Origin: Amphiscolops sp. MND2022
Lineage: Eukaryota
Direction: 5' to 3'
DNA length: 64,000 nt
Assembly (NCBI GenBank): GCA_964187785.1
Contig: OZ076409.1
Span: forward strand, 13,270,001-13,334,000
The notes under the pieces were generated by a model. The model had not been told where the DNA came from. It saw only the letters and a list, made by a program, of their open reading frames with translations, and searched no databases. A program made the translations under genes and the position numbers. Shown here piece by piece: positions 23,560 to 42,079 of the stretch. Position 1 is the stretch's first letter, and each line of letters starts with the position of its first letter.

Positions 23560-25914
23560 AAACAATACTCACGTTTCACGTTTTGAGATCAACGGAAGTT
23601 TAACTCAGCAAGACATTTCAAGATGATTATTTGAAAAGTTCTATTTTGGTGCAGATTAGAAAATTTGTTTCATTTTGATGCCGATGTAAAGACTCCGAGC
23701 AACATCAATGTAGACACCGAAAAGAAACGAGATTTCGAAGGATTATTAGAATCACAAAATATGCAATTATTTAGACCAAGAGTTAAAATATATATTACGC
23801 AGACTTTGTAGAAAATGTTTTTGGTGTCCACAGCGGTATTCCTGAAAACGAATGCCTGAAATATTGGCTTACCGATTCCGTAGATTTCAAGCACTGAATC
23901 GTGTGTTTGCAGACTGCCAACTAACTCCAGTAGAAGTTCCCAAAAACAGAGTTTTTGAAGCAACTTTGTGGTAAAAACTGCGTGATTGAAAACAAAGTTT
24001 CAGACATTTTAGTTGAAATTCATTGTTCTTTGGACAGAAACAAAAAATTTAACTGAATTGGATTTTCCGAATGGCTTATTGACTGTCGCCTGCACTTCAA
24101 AATAGAGCGATCTTGTCTAAATCTAACCAAACGCTTTCAAATTCAAAACCGGTTCATACCAACAGCACTTTCTCATTACCTTTCTTAATTACATTTAAAA
24201 TAGATGGAATGAATCGCATTCAACTTTGTGTTATTTAGGTGATGGTATTTTTTGGTTCAAATACACCGAATGTGATAAATATCGGCTGTGCCGTACTTGG
24301 CAAGGGATTCTAGGATCGAAATCTAGGATTCCCTAAAATTCTAGGATCGAAAATGTTTCAAAATTATTTAGGATCGAATGCTATGCAACACTATTTAGAA
24401 TAGGACGATTGTGTAACAGTATTCAGAGTCGGGATAAGCGTAGGGCGATATTTGACAACGAGTCTAGAAGATAGTTAGCGTCTTCACTTTCAAGTTAGCA
24501 GCAATTTTGGGGTGGGGGTTCTGTTGAGGTTAATTGTTGGTTTTGAACTGCGGTTGTTATAATGTTTGCCTTGAAAGTACGGTAAATCTCATAGGAGCTG
24601 GGGTGCGCGATCTAGAACTTTTTTAAATCAATTGAGCCTGATAAAATTGAAGATCATTGTTTTCTTTCATCTTTCAAAGACACTGAAGAGTTTCAGCATA
24701 ACCTTTTCTATCCAGCATTCCAAGAAAAACTCGAAGAAAGCTTGAAATGGTGGTGGGAACTCTTCAAAATTGGCTGCTGTTTTGAAGGTTTGAACAAAAA
24801 CTATAATTTTCGTAGCGGGTAGGAAAACCAGTGAAAAATTCCTGAACGTATTTTCAGATCGACGTTTCTCGAATCCTTTTCCCGGTTCGTCGACTTGATC
24901 GAAAGTGAATAAACAGCCGTTGATAGAGAAGCAATTCATCGATTTCTGAAATGACTTCATCACTTTTTGAGTGGAAACGTGACCATCGAAATGACTTTTG
25001 TCGTGTATTTTGTTTCAATCCGGTTGAAGTGACAATGAAGATTCAGCAAGAGCATACAAAAAACTAAAATGATTCAAGTGTCCGCCATATCATTTTTAAA
25101 GTTGTTTTCAAATTCATTACCAAGACAAGGGTATTGGAACTGCTATTTCCTTGGAAATGGAAATGAGGTGAATCCACTCTAGTGAACCAACTTTGTCCTT
25201 TTGAAGGTTTTCCTTTATGCCAAAGCTTATTAAAACACAAAGGGGTACCCTTGAGTGTTTTCAGCACAGTGAAACGTTTTCATTTAATTTTTTTTTCATT
25301 TCAGCAAAGCGGATTTAAGAGCTTTTAGATAAAAAACAACTTTTTCTATCAAAATTGACAACTAAATTAAATTTTTTCGAGCTCAAACATCCATTCGCTT
25401 TCCACCTTTTGAAAATTAGATTGTGAAAGTTTTCGCTAGATCTAAAAGTTTCCTGAAAATTATTGTGATCACAAATGTATTTTTGTGTTAATAGTCTACA
25501 AGCGGAATTTGTTGAGTTGAGAATTTCCATTTTACGACAAAAGTAATTGAAACGATTTCTGTAAGTTTTGGCTATTTTGCCATGAACATTTTCGATCACT
25601 TTTACAGATAGAAGACATTGCGGCCCATTTTCGTTAGTGTGGGGTCCAATCGTCGTTTTCCGAAACTTGAAACATTTTTTGATATGAATTTAATTTCGAA
25701 CTTTGTTAATCAAATTATTTTGTATGCTACCTGTGGAACAAAGCATGATTCTCAAAACGGGGATTTTTTTGGCCTAATGTTCTCAGAAATGACCCGAGAA
25801 ATCCCGTGAAAATTTTAAAGTTTTTGTTTTTGGCTGTGATCGAGGCAGCATCAACCAAAGAAATATGAGAGTTGCTGTCACTTCACGCTGCTGGGTCACA
25901 CTCTTTTATTACAC

Positions 25915-28041
25915 TGTCATATTCCGTTCATTCCGGTTTGACTAGATACTTCATTACATTATTTATGGTATCTACGATATAGTGAGTGAACTATAGAAAT
26001 TAACTTAACCTTTCTTTCAACCTAGAGCTTAGTTGTTGAGAATAGAACATGGCGCAGTCAGCCAATTCTTAAACTGAAGACATCACCAAATGGACCGCAA
26101 AAAACAGCTAACACAAGATTTTATCTGGGGAGTGGGACCCGAAACCAAATAACCCGTGCTGAGCACAAAACGGAACCGGCTAGTATCAAAAGAAAAGAAC
26201 TGATCCGGCTATTTACCGAATACTACCTACCGAAACGAAACACGTACCACAACTGCGGAGACTTTTTCAGGGCAAAGCAAACGGAGGAGGAAACACAAGA
26301 AGAATTTTGGAGAAGACTGATTGAAATTGAAAAGGAATGTAATTTCAACACAATATCAGCCGAAGACCTACTGATATCCAAGTATATGACGGCAATCACC
26401 GATAATTAATTACGGGACAAAAATTTATGAGAGAAAAAACAGTAGAATTGGAAAAGAAACAATCGAACTAATAAAGCAAAACGCATGCGAAAAGAAGAAC
26501 AAGAAAAATACGATGCTGGAGTCATTGATTTTGGCAATAGAAAGACATAGAACAAAAGAAGAACCGATACAAAGAATGGAAAAGTTTGACACAAGACCAA
26601 AAATCAGAACCACGGATAATAGTCCATGCAGATTCTGCGGAGCACCAAACTGGACACCATTACACAAATGCCCAGCATCAGAAACAAATTGTAACAAATT
26701 CGGAAGAAAAAGACACTACGCAAAGTTATGTAGACAAAAATATACCAACAATCGAACAGTGAAAAAACTAACCGAAGAAGAAACTGATGACCGACACGAA
26801 ACATCAAGCGAATCCGAAGAAAGTCTACATCTTATCAGAGAGATAAAGAAAATCGAAGTAAAGAACAAACACTACACAGCAACAGTGAACGGAAAAAAGA
26901 AAGAATTTATAATCGACAATGGATCACCGAAAATGAGAATGCCATCGGACGAAAAGATACTAGAATAAACCGGGATACAGAAAATCACCAACAGATATCA
27001 AGACGTAAACAAGAACGAAGTGAAATTCCGGTGAAAATTCAGGTAGATATGGAATACGAAAACCACAAACAGAAAATGGACATCTTGATAACCGAAAGAA
27101 CAGACATAATACCACTGCTCAGGATGGATTGGATGAACTAAATTAAAACTAACAATCGGAAAAATACAATTGGCTGGAAACAACCAATCAGAAGCCAAGA
27201 ACGTGTTTGCTAATTTTCCGTACATGTTAGAAAACAACGAAACCATAAAAGACACCGAGATAAAGACCCAACTAAAACCGAGACCTTCTTCGGTTAAACA
27301 AAAAGCTAGACCGGTACCGCTCCACCTACAAGAAGACGTAGGACGGGAAATAGAGAAACTAATGAAAACTACACACTTAAAAGACTGTTTGGGATGAAGA
27401 CTGTTTTGTATCACCGGTGGTAATAACCGTAAAAAGAGATAAATCAGTAAAGATAGCACTAGACTCACGGAAACTAAAGGACAGCTGTATCAAAATGAGA
27501 CCACACATGCCAAATATGGAGGCGTTATTGAATTAGATTTTGGTAGAAATTACCTGCGATCGAACAGCACAACTATTAATATCAAACATAGATTTAGATT
27601 ACGCATACGGACAGATGAAACTATCCGAAGGAACAAGACGACAATGCGTGTATTAGCAAAAACCGGGGAAAATTTAACGGATATTGCCGATTCAAAAAAC
27701 TGTTTTTCGCCTTGCCTATATGGCCACGGTATTGCAAGAAAGAATCGACCGAACACTCGGATAGAGCACACCGGCTTTGGTAGACGACATAATTATAGTA
27801 CCTCGGGGGAACAAACAAGAACACGAGAAGAATTTATTCGATATTCTAAATAAACTGAAAAAAGCTGGCTACCGAGCAAGTAAAAGAAAATCCGAATTCT
27901 TCATGAATTGGACGAAGTGGTTGGGCCACGAAATTGACAAAAACGGAATAAAACCAAACAAAGAAAAGTGGAAGCCATTTTAAAATTGAATTCACCGAAA
28001 AATACAAAAGAACTAAAATCATTTCTCGAAGCAATCCAATA
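25915..28041 (+). mobile_element. Truncated duplicate of the Gypsy element (5' LTR with internal deletion, PBS, gag-pro-partial RT), disabled
   Basis: LTR TGTCATATTC..AGAACA 25915-26049, PBS TGGCGCAGTC, zinc knuckles CRFCG..HKC and CNKFG..HYAKLC, protease IDNGS, VDDIII. Many frameshifts. Confidence 0.9.
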
Positions 28042-29079
28042 GTTTCCCGATTCGTCGACTTGATCGAATGTGAATGAACAGCCCTTGATAGAGAAGCAAT
28101 TCATCGATTTCTGAAACGCCTTCATCAATTTTTGAGTGGAAACGTATCCATCGAAATTACTTTTGTCGTGTATTTTGTTTCAATCCGGTTGAAGTGACAA
28201 TGAAGATTCAGCAAGAGCATACAAAAAACTAAAATGATTCAAGTGTCCGCCATCTCATTTTTAAAGTTGTTTTCGAATTCATTACCAAGACAAGGGTATT
28301 GGAACTGCAATTTCCTTGGAAATGGAAATGAGGTGAATCCACTCTAGTGAACCAACTTTGTCCTTTTGAAGGTTTTTCTTTAAGCCAAAGCTTTTTAAAA
28401 CACAAAGGGGTGCCCTTAAGTGTTTTCAGCACAGTGAAACGTTTTCATTTAGTTTTTTTTTCATTTCAGCAAAGCGGATTTAAGAGTTTTTAGATAAAAA
28501 ACAACTTTTTCTATCAAAATTGACAACTAAATTAAATTTTTTCGAGCTCAAACATCCATTCGCTTTCCACCTTTTGAAAATTAGATTGTGAAAGTTTTCG
28601 CTAGATCTAAAACTTTCCTGAAAATTATTGTGATCACAAATGTATTTTTGTGTTAATAGTCTACAAGCGGAATTTGTTGAGTTGAGAAATTCCATTTTAC
28701 GACAAAAGTAATTGAAACGATTTCTCTAAGTTTTGGCTATTTTGCAATGAACATTTTCGATCACTTTTACAGATAGAAGACATTGCGGCCCATTTTCGTT
28801 AGTGTGGGGTCCAATCGTCGTTTTCCGAAACTTGAAACATTTTTTGATATGAATTTAATTTCGAACTTTGTTAATCAAATTATTTTGTATGCTACCTGTG
28901 GAACAAAGCATGATTCTCAAAACGGGGATTTTTTTGGCCTAATGTTCTCAGAAATGACCCGAGAAATCCCGTGAAAATTTTAAAGTTTTTGTTTTTGGCT
29001 GTGATCGAGGCAGCATCAACCAAAGAAATATGAGAGTTGCTGTCACTTCACGCTGCTGGGTCACACTCTTTTATTACAC

Positions 29080-31205
29080 TGTCATATTCCGTTCATTCCG
29101 GTTTGACTAGATACTTCATTACATTATTTATGGTATCTACGATATAGTGAGTGAACTATAGAAATTAACTTAACCTTTCTTTCAACCTAGAGCTTAGTTG
29201 TTGAGAATAGAACATGGCGCAGTCAGCCAATTCTTAAACTGAAGACATCACCAAATGGACCGCAAAAAACAGCTAACCCAAGATTTTATCTGGGGAGTGG
29301 GACCCGAAACCAAATAACCCGTGCTGAGCACAAAACGGAACCGGCTAGTATCAAAAGAAAAGAACTGATCCGGCTATTTACCGAATACTACCTACCGAAA
29401 CGAAACACGTACCACAACTGCGGAGATTTTTTCAGGGCAAAGCAAACGGAGGAGGAACACAAGAAGAATTTTGGAGAAGACTGATTGAAATCGAAAAGGA
29501 ATGTAATTTCAACACAATATCAGCCGAAGACCTACTGATATCCAAGTATATGACGGCAATCACGGATAATTAATTACGGGACAAAAATTTATGAGAGAAA
29601 AAACAGTAGAATTGGAAAAGAAACAATCGAACTAATAAAGCAAAACGCATGCGAAAAGAAGAACAAGAAAAATACGATGCTGGAGTCATTGATTTTGGCA
29701 ATAGAAAGACATAGAACAAAAGAAGAACCGATACAAAGAATGGAAAAGTTTGACACAAGACCAAAAATCAGAACCACGGATAATAGTCCATGCAGATTCT
29801 GCGGAGCACCAAACTGGACACCATTACACAAATGCCCAGCATCAGAAACAAATTGTAACAAATTCGGAAGAAAAAGACACTACGCAAAGTTATGTAGACA
29901 AAAATATACCAACAATCGAACAGTGAAAAAACTAACCGAAGAAGAAACTGATGACTGACACGAAACATCAAGCGAATCCGAAGAAAGTCTACATCTTATC
30001 AGAGAGATAAAGAAAATCGAAGTAAAGAACTAACACTACACAGGAACAGTGAACGGTAAAAAGAAAGAATTTATAATCGACAATGGATCACCGAAAATGA
30101 TAATGCCATCGGACGAAAAGATACTAGAATAAACCGGGATACAGAAAATCACCAACAGATATCAAGACGTAAACAAGAACGAAGTGAAATTCCGGTGAAA
30201 AATTCAGGTAGATATGGAATACGAAAACCACAAACAGAAAATGGACATCTTGATAACCGAAAGAACAGACATAATACCACTGCACAGGATGGATTGGATG
30301 AACTAAATTAAAACTAACAATCGGAAAAATACAATTGGCTAGAAACAACCAATCAGAAGCCAAGAACGTGTTTGCTAAATTTCCGTACTTGTTAGAAAAC
30401 AACGAAACCATAAAAGACACCGAGATAAATACCCAACTAAAACCGAGACCTTCTTCGGTTAAACAAAAAGCTAGACCGGTACCGCTCCACCTACAAGAAG
30501 ACGTAGGACGGGAAATAGAGAAACTAATGAAAACTACACACTCAAAAGACTGTTTGGGATGAAGACTGTTTTGTATCACCGCTGGTAAGAACCGTAAAAT
30601 GTGATAAATCAGTGAAGATAGCACTAGACTCACGGAAACTAAAGGACAGCTGTATCATAATGAGACCACACATGCCAAATCTGGAGGCGTTATTGAATTA
30701 GATTTTAGTAGAAATTACCCGCGATCGAACAGCACAACTATTAATATCAAACATAGATTTAGATTACGCATACGGACAGATGAAACTATCCGAAGGAACA
30801 AGACGACAATGCGTGTATTAGCAAAAACCGGGGAAAATTTAACGGATATTGCCGATTCAAAAAACTGTTTTTCGCCTTGCCTATATAGCCACGGTATTGC
30901 AAGAAAGAATGACCGAACACTCGGATAGAGCACACCGGCTTTGGTAGACGACATAATTATAGTACCTCGGGGGAACAAACAAGAACACGAGAAGAATTTA
31001 TTCGATATTCTAAATAAACTGAAAAAAGCTGGTTACCGAGCAAGTAAAAGAAAATCCGAATTCTTCATGAATCGGACGAAGTGGTTGGGCCACGAAATTG
31101 ACGAAAACGGAATAAAACCAAACAAAGAAAAGTGGAAGCCATTTTAAAATTGAATCCACCGAAAAATACAAAAGAACTAAAATCATTTCTCGAAGCAATC
31201 CAATA
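29080..31205 (+). mobile_element. Second truncated duplicate of the Gypsy element, disabled
   Basis: Nearly identical to 25915-28041 and shares its lesions; LTR 29080-29214. Confidence 0.9.
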
Positions 31206-32226
31206 GTTTCCCGATTCGTCGACTTGATCGAATGTGAATGAACAGCCCTTGATAGAGAAGCAATTCATCGATTTCTGAAACGCCTTCATCAATTTTTGAG
31301 TGGAAACGTATCCATCGAAATTACTTTTGTCGTGTATTTTGTTTCAATCCGGTTGAAGTGACAATGAAGATTCAGCAAGAGCATACAAAAAACTAAAATG
31401 ATTCAAGTGTCCGCCATCTCATTTTTAAAGTTGTTTTCAAATTCATTACCAAGACAAGGGTATTGGAACTGCTATTTCCTTGGAAATGGAAATGAGGTGA
31501 ATCCACTCTAGTGAACCAACTTTGTCCTTTTGAAGGTTTTCCTTTATGCCAAAGCTTTTTAAAACACAAAGGGGTACCCTTGAGTGTTTTCAGCACAGTG
31601 AAACGTTTTCATTTATTTTTTTTTTCATTTCAGCAAAGCGGATTTAAGAGCTTTTAGATAAAAAACAACTTTTTCTATCAAAATTGACAACTAAATTAAA
31701 TTTTTTCGAGCTCAAACATCCATTCGCTTTCCACCTTTTGAAAATTAGATTGTGAAAGTTTTCGCTAGAACTAAAACTTTCCTGAAAATTATTGTGATCA
31801 CAAATGTATTTTTGTGTTAATAGTCTACAAGCAGTATTTGTTGAGTTGAGAATTTCCATTTTACGACAAAAGTAATTGAAACGATTTCTCTAGGTTTTGG
31901 CTATTTTGCAACGAACATTTTCGATCAATTTTACAGACAGAAAGACATTGCGGCCCATTTTTGTTAGTGTGGGCTCCAATTGTCCTGTTCCGAAACTTGA
32001 AACATTTTTTTTGATACGAATGTATTTACGAACTTTGTTAATCAAGTTATTTTGTATGGTACCTCTGGAACAAAGCATGATATTCAAAACGGGGATTTTT
32101 TTGGCCTATTGTTTTCGGACATGACACGAGAAATCCCGTGAAAATTTAAAATTTTTGTGCTGTGATCGAGGCAGCATCAACCAAAAAAGTATGAAAGTCG
32201 CTGTCACTTACACTCTTTTAGTACAC

Positions 32227-36231
<4,005 letters not shown>

Positions 36232-36389
36232 TACACCACTGTATACACTTTTCAGTTTGAAAATGATGTATTGAATCTTTTGGGTCTATGACCAAATTCG
36301 ATTTGTGCGTTTTTCTGATTTTTGAAATATGTACAATGTGTGCTTCAATTGTACAAGCATACATCAGTAAATTACAGACAAAAACTTAG

Positions 36390-36618
36390 AAATATAAATG
36401 AGACTCGAACCAACGTAATCCTACTTTCTCAGACCTCGCCACCAGAAACAGGAAATCTCCGTTAACCACTGGGCCAAGTGGCAGTGAGAAGATACTACCT
36501 ATGCCAAAATTGAAGAACTAGTATAGAACTTTTTTTGGCTAGCTCAGGTGTATCGAAAGACCAACTGACGAGCCATGACTGTAGTCGCTCTTTTCTAAAG
36601 AAAGGCGCCTATCAAAAA
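36390..36618 (-). mobile_element. Helentron-like element 5' fragment carrying tRNA-like A/B boxes
   Basis: GCCATGACTGTAGTCGCTCTTTTCTAAAGAAAGGCGCC matches the end of 46653-47074. Minus strand has TGGCCCAGTGGTTAA and GGTTCGAGTC. Confidence 0.55.
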
Positions 36619-39402
36619 GAAGTATAAATGTCTAATGTAACTCGATCAGCAATAATTTCAGGTCTCATTCATTACGTAATTGTTATGCTCCTTGGGAGTA
36701 GGCTTTTTCTCGTTGATCACGCTGAGATATGTGTACAGACATCGCCGAAACCGTTGAAAACGCATTTTTAAATCAGGCTTCTGCCTGTTTTTCAGGAAAG
36801 CAACTATAGTGTTATTTGCGGAAAATATGACTGTTTTTCGTTCCATGGGTGCTATTTCGATGTAAATATTCACATTAGGAACAAACAAGAACGGAACGTC
36901 GTAAATTGGAGTCCCCTTTTTGGCTCAAAGAGCGCAACATTTTTAACTATGCTCAAGTGGTTCCCAGGATATTTTCACAAAAATTCTAACTAAAAAAATG
37001 CAAAGTCAGGTCCATCTGGGGCTCAAGTATTCCTTCTGAAAACAGCAAAAAAGTAAAGCGAGCCTTCGGTGATATCCAAAAAACTGAATAAAGGTAGAAG
37101 TTTTGAAAAAATTCGAAGCGCACCCCTTGATTCTGTTTACTTCTGTAAATTATGTAATTAAGTAAAATAATTAAAACGTGGAGTTTTTGGTCTCCATGGA
37201 TGTATTTAGATTTTGGGTCAAGTATCTGCAAAAATTGATCTATCGTAGTGAAATCTGGCAAAAACTTTGCCACTGAAAGAGTCTGGTATTTTTTGTTTCA
37301 AAGAGCGCCGACTAAGAAATCCTTGAACTGTATCGAGTTTAAAATCTGAAACGTTTTTGAACCTGATAAAACAACATGAAACCGAAACTTTATCATTAAG
37401 TTTTTGATATCAATTGAAATTTTCAGATTTTCCATCACTTTTCGCATCTATGACACGGATCCAAAACTAAATTTGCTTTCTTCGTCAATCATTTTAAATG
37501 GAAATTAAACAGCACCAAACGTCCAAAGGGCTACAATCTTTGCACGAGTTCTTCACTTGATTTTCGATTATTCTAGTAAGTAAAAACAAATAAATGGTCT
37601 GCTTCAATGTACACAAAAACATTTGCTGATCATTTTTTCTTCCGTCAGCATCGTACAGTGTGAGCCAAAACATTTTCGTTTTCTGCAAAAAACCAAAACA
37701 AAGATGTTTGTGTTCTATTGTTTCAGAAGAGACTTTCTAGAGTTCTGTGATTAAAAATCGGACCTAAAGCAAAATGAATTCAATTGAAAAGTATGAAACG
37801 TCAGAAGGCACTAGACTTTTCCAAATTTTTTGAAATTTTATGTTGTTGACAAGGATGTTTATTTGGAATTTCCATAACCAAGTTAGAACGGCTTCTGAAT
37901 GTTAGTTTCTACATGTATTGATATTGGAGTTTGGTCTCACCGTTTGACAATTTGAGTTATTAGATACTGAAAGTTTCAGTTTTTTCCAAAACAAATATCC
38001 GCAGAAAATCAATTATCTCAAAAAAATGCTCCCTTGCCGAATTTTAGAGTTTGTAGAAAGAGGCGATTCTCCGGAAAAGTAAGATTTCACTGACATTGTC
38101 AACATCAGGTATCGCAGATATTCATGGGTAATTTTGGTCCATTTCACGGGGAAAAGTCAAATTTCACAATGAAATTCACAGTAACTTTCGAAGACTCAGA
38201 TTTTCTACATTAGTTCCATGTGACAGCTAAAATAATGTAAGAAATAACTGAACCCTTATTTGTAAGAAACAAGTTGGACTGCATGTAAACAAAGCTAGCA
38301 TTATACACGGTGATTTCTTTGATTCTCTATTTTACTAATGAATTTAAGGGACTGGAAAGACCAATTGAATGTTTGAGATAATGGGTACAATCGCCTTAAT
38401 TAGCAGATTCTCCTGATATTAATTTTATCAGTAAAAAAGCAAAAACCGAAAATATCATCCCCAATTTATGCAAAAATACTGTGTCTCACCTATTAAGGTA
38501 GTAGATGAAATGAAATTAGAAAACCCCTGATCAAAAACTATATAATTCCATTTATCTGATGTGAAATTGTTGAATAACTTCATGAAATGAAGAAGTGCAA
38601 ACCTGCCAAATAAACAAAAGTTACAAACTAGGTGCCAAATGTTACAAAATTGTATAAAATGATTCAGTAGTAAATACAATCAATGAAAAATGAAATTATG
38701 AAGTTTCTTCAATATTTGCAAACCTACATTTCAATTCCCGAACAAAACTGTTGATTGAATGTTTGATTTTCAAATAATAATGCGGGTGATAGCAGAAATC
38801 AGAACTAGTTTTGTTTTGGTCCAATTTTTTTCAGATAAAGATTCAGTTCATTTCTTACACTAATGTATTTCCACCGCAACTTTCTCGCAATATACAGTTA
38901 CATATTTTAACCAATCCAATTTTCACGCAAATTTCAAGATTTTACAGGCTAGAACGTCTGCGATCCCCGGTCAATGTTAGAAGTCAAACTTAGTTTGAGC
39001 AAACAGACTATAAACATCTTCAACATAATTGGACAACCCACAAAACAATTCAAGCAATTAAAACAGCAAATTGGGTGATATGAAAGCCAACTATTTTAAT
39101 ACATTTTCAAACTTTTCCATTCATTCTCAGAAACTTGAACAAGGCGTTTTTCAAAACTAGTTGATTCAAGTAATTTTTTAACGAAATATCGGCTATTCTA
39201 AGTTCTTTTGAGCGATTTGAATGGAATTTCACAAGAATGATTCTTGTCCCTTTTCCACAGTCGGAATTGGATGTATGCTGTTTTGTTGTACATGAATGCC
39301 AAATTTAAAAGCGATAAGCCAAATTACATGTATTTTTTCATCAGGGTTTTCTTGGGCTCGCATACCGATTGCTTGCAAACTTCATACTCACTTGAGTTTA
39401 CC

Positions 39403-40550
39403 ATGGGTAGCGAAGAACTAATTGACACAACGAGATCAAAATTGAATTTTTCCTTCTCAAACAGCAATTCAAAGCCAATATGGGACTGCTTGCGATTGAG
39501 ATGGCTTCAAATTCTTTCTTGGTTCCTTTGCCTGTTGTTCTTCTTAATCTTCTGCTATGATGTTTTACAACAATATCTCCGAGATGACCCTATAACAATC
39601 ACTGAGTTCATCGACATTAGCGATGTTTCTAAAGAAATAAAAATCAAAATCTGCAACGATGTTTTCTTGGACCCGCGGAAAATTCTGAACTACAATGGAA
39701 GCCAAATCGATTTTGGGTCGTACGAATTCCTTGTTCAGGCTTTGAGAGGAAACGATAGTTTTCAAGATTTTGATTGGCATGCATTTCAAACCCTTGCGGC
39801 TGATAAACTTATTCTCAGCTCACGAATCATGCAAGAATTCAAACTGGATCTACAAGAGTTCGCGATCAGTTGCAATATCGGACACATGGAAAGCAACTGT
39901 TTCCATTTATTCAAACCTGTAATTGACGACTTTAGGCTCTGTTACGAGGCTGTTATTGACGCTTTATCTGTGGGACAGGCTAACTTCGCAATTGGCATAT
40001 TCTTCTATTTGGACCCTGAAGTTAATTTACGGAGCTATACCTCCTCCTTCGGTCTAATTCTAGTCGTTTCCCATCCCGAGGAATACACTCTAGCTGAAGA
40101 AAACGGGATTTTCCTGCTACCAAATGAACTCGTCACTATAACAACATCCCCAACTCACAGAATCCAGACGCAGTCATTCCATAATGCCCCTTGTGTTGAT
40201 AAGAAAGGATACGAGAGGTACAATTTCACTGGGAAGCCCTTCGTTGCTGCGTACGACCGTGAAATATGCCTTCAGATGTGCTATTCGGAAGTTTTCTACA
40301 CGCACTGTAACTGCGCACCGTTCACTACGTGGAACATGACAAACACAGAATGTGTGGAACAACAGGAGGCTTGGGATTGCATGTGGAGTCTTGGAAGAGA
40401 TGAGGAAAAACAACGAGAGATGATGAGATGTGCTCCCAAATGCCTGCCTCGATGTGAAAAGAAGTTTTTCAACTTGAAGTCCCGAAAAAAATCGATGATA
40501 CCAGAGCGAAGTAAACAAAACGACGACAGAGCTACAGAAAAATTCTTGAG
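39403..40550 (+). CDS. DEG/ENaC (amiloride-sensitive/ASIC-like) channel subunit, exon 1
   Basis: ACCATGG start; TM1 ILSWFLCLLFFLIFCYDVLQQYL; KIKICN; GLILVVSHPEEY; GIFLLP; Cys-rich thumb YDREICLQMC..HCNC..ECV..DCM..CAPKCLPRCE. Donor AG|GTACAA. Confidence 0.88.
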
Positions 40551-41721
40551 GTACAACGTGGAGTAGGTTATAGAAAAAACACCCACGTAAAAAATGTGCA
40601 AAGGAAAAGGCATCCCTATGAAAAAAGCCCATGAGACATTACTTCTCATAGCGGCCATTTTTTTATATTGGTTGTATGACCCAGCCTTCCTACTTCGGGG
40701 CACTTCATGCTTCTCAACGTTAGTCTACGTAAAAACCAGCCACTGGTCAAGCAAGGGCACGTCGCTTTGCTCCTGCGTTTAGGGCACTAGACGTATGTGA
40801 ACATAGCTGACTACTTTATTGTAATTTTCTATTGACGTCATTACGCTTTGGGCGTTTTTTCGAAGTTTTGCGCAACTTATGAAAATACAAATATATGTTC
40901 GAAATATTCAAGTGATCACCCATGTTGAGCTTTCCTTCAGAATCTGTACAAATATGTGAGTCTTACTCTCTTGAGGATCTGTGAAGATCGTGCTACTGCT
41001 TCGGTAGGACAGGTGCAGATCTGCAAGGATCTTTACAGATTTTCCTTCGAAGATTTTCTGTACAGATTTTTGGGGATTTTTTTCGGGAGCTTCTAGGCAA
41101 TCAATGTACTACATTGTTGGGCTTCTTCAACTACTTTAGTAAGTTTTTGGCTGACCAAGACTCAGTCTGTTGAATCTCTCCATTACAAATTCGCACAGAA
41201 AGTTTTACAAAACTTCAATAAAGAGGTGTGTTTATCTTGTAGAGCACTTTTTATTCAATTATTTTCAATTTTAAAACTGTATTTACGGCTAGTTAATTTT
41301 TGACAAATCCTGGAATATCTTTTTTGAAAATCCTGGAATTTTTCTTTTGGAAAAAAAATGTTGACTCGAAATACATGATCGTATTCTTCAGAGCTGTACA
41401 TGTACGGCATCGCAAGGAGATTTTGGTCCGAAACAGTTTCTCGCCGTGTGTATTATAAGCCTTAATGTATATACAAAATACTCGACTTCGCTGTGAATCG
41501 AAAATTTTGCTGTACAAAACAGAAGAACACTTTAATTGTCAATTAAGAACATGTTCTCAGTTTGTTTTTAGTTAAAAGAAAAATTTGGCTTTTGTTGCTA
41601 AAAAATCCGAAAGTGTTTTATTTCCAAACAGTAAAGCAGTCCAAAAGCAGTCCATTAGTAATTTAGATCAGTAATCTAAAAACTGGCAAGATCCAGAACT
41701 TGACAACTCCACTCTGTTAAG

Positions 41722-42079
41722 GTATATGATAGCCAACAAAAATGCGAGTGCATTGGCTTCAACTCTGTTGAATAGTCTGAAAGCTGGTACAGCTGAAAAG
41801 ATTTCGCACAACTTTGCATACGCACAAATCAGCATGAGAGCGGATCCGGTGACGGTTCTGCGAAGGGAGCCCAAACAGAACTTCGCCACTTTTCTCGGAA
41901 ACGCGGGAGGATTGCTGGGCATGTGGTTAGGGGTCAGTGCTCTGTCTGCGTTCGCAATCATGGAGAGTGCTGTCCACGGCGACTGGTTTGGGAGGCGGAA
42001 AAAGGGAAAAGTGCCTAGATTAAGTGACACTCAAGAATCAGAGAAAGAAGATGGGAAAATCACTGAAGGTGCCATTTGA
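41722..42079 (+). CDS. DEG/ENaC channel subunit, exon 2 (TM2)
   Basis: FLGNAGGLLGMWLGVSALSAFAIME matches the LGDIGGQMGLFIGASILT TM2/filter pattern. The phase-2 AAG acceptor gives a 501-aa frame. AATAAA at 42153-42158. Confidence 0.88.

Noticed and set aside
39244..39402. N-terminal extension of the DEG/ENaC ORF from the TTG start
   Set aside because: Looks intronic (pyrimidine tract and CAG at 39344); the ATG at 39403 has ACCATGG context.
40547..41724. DEG/ENaC intron as an Introner (AGGTA at both junctions)
   Set aside because: AG|GT is the ordinary splice context and I found no convincing TIRs.
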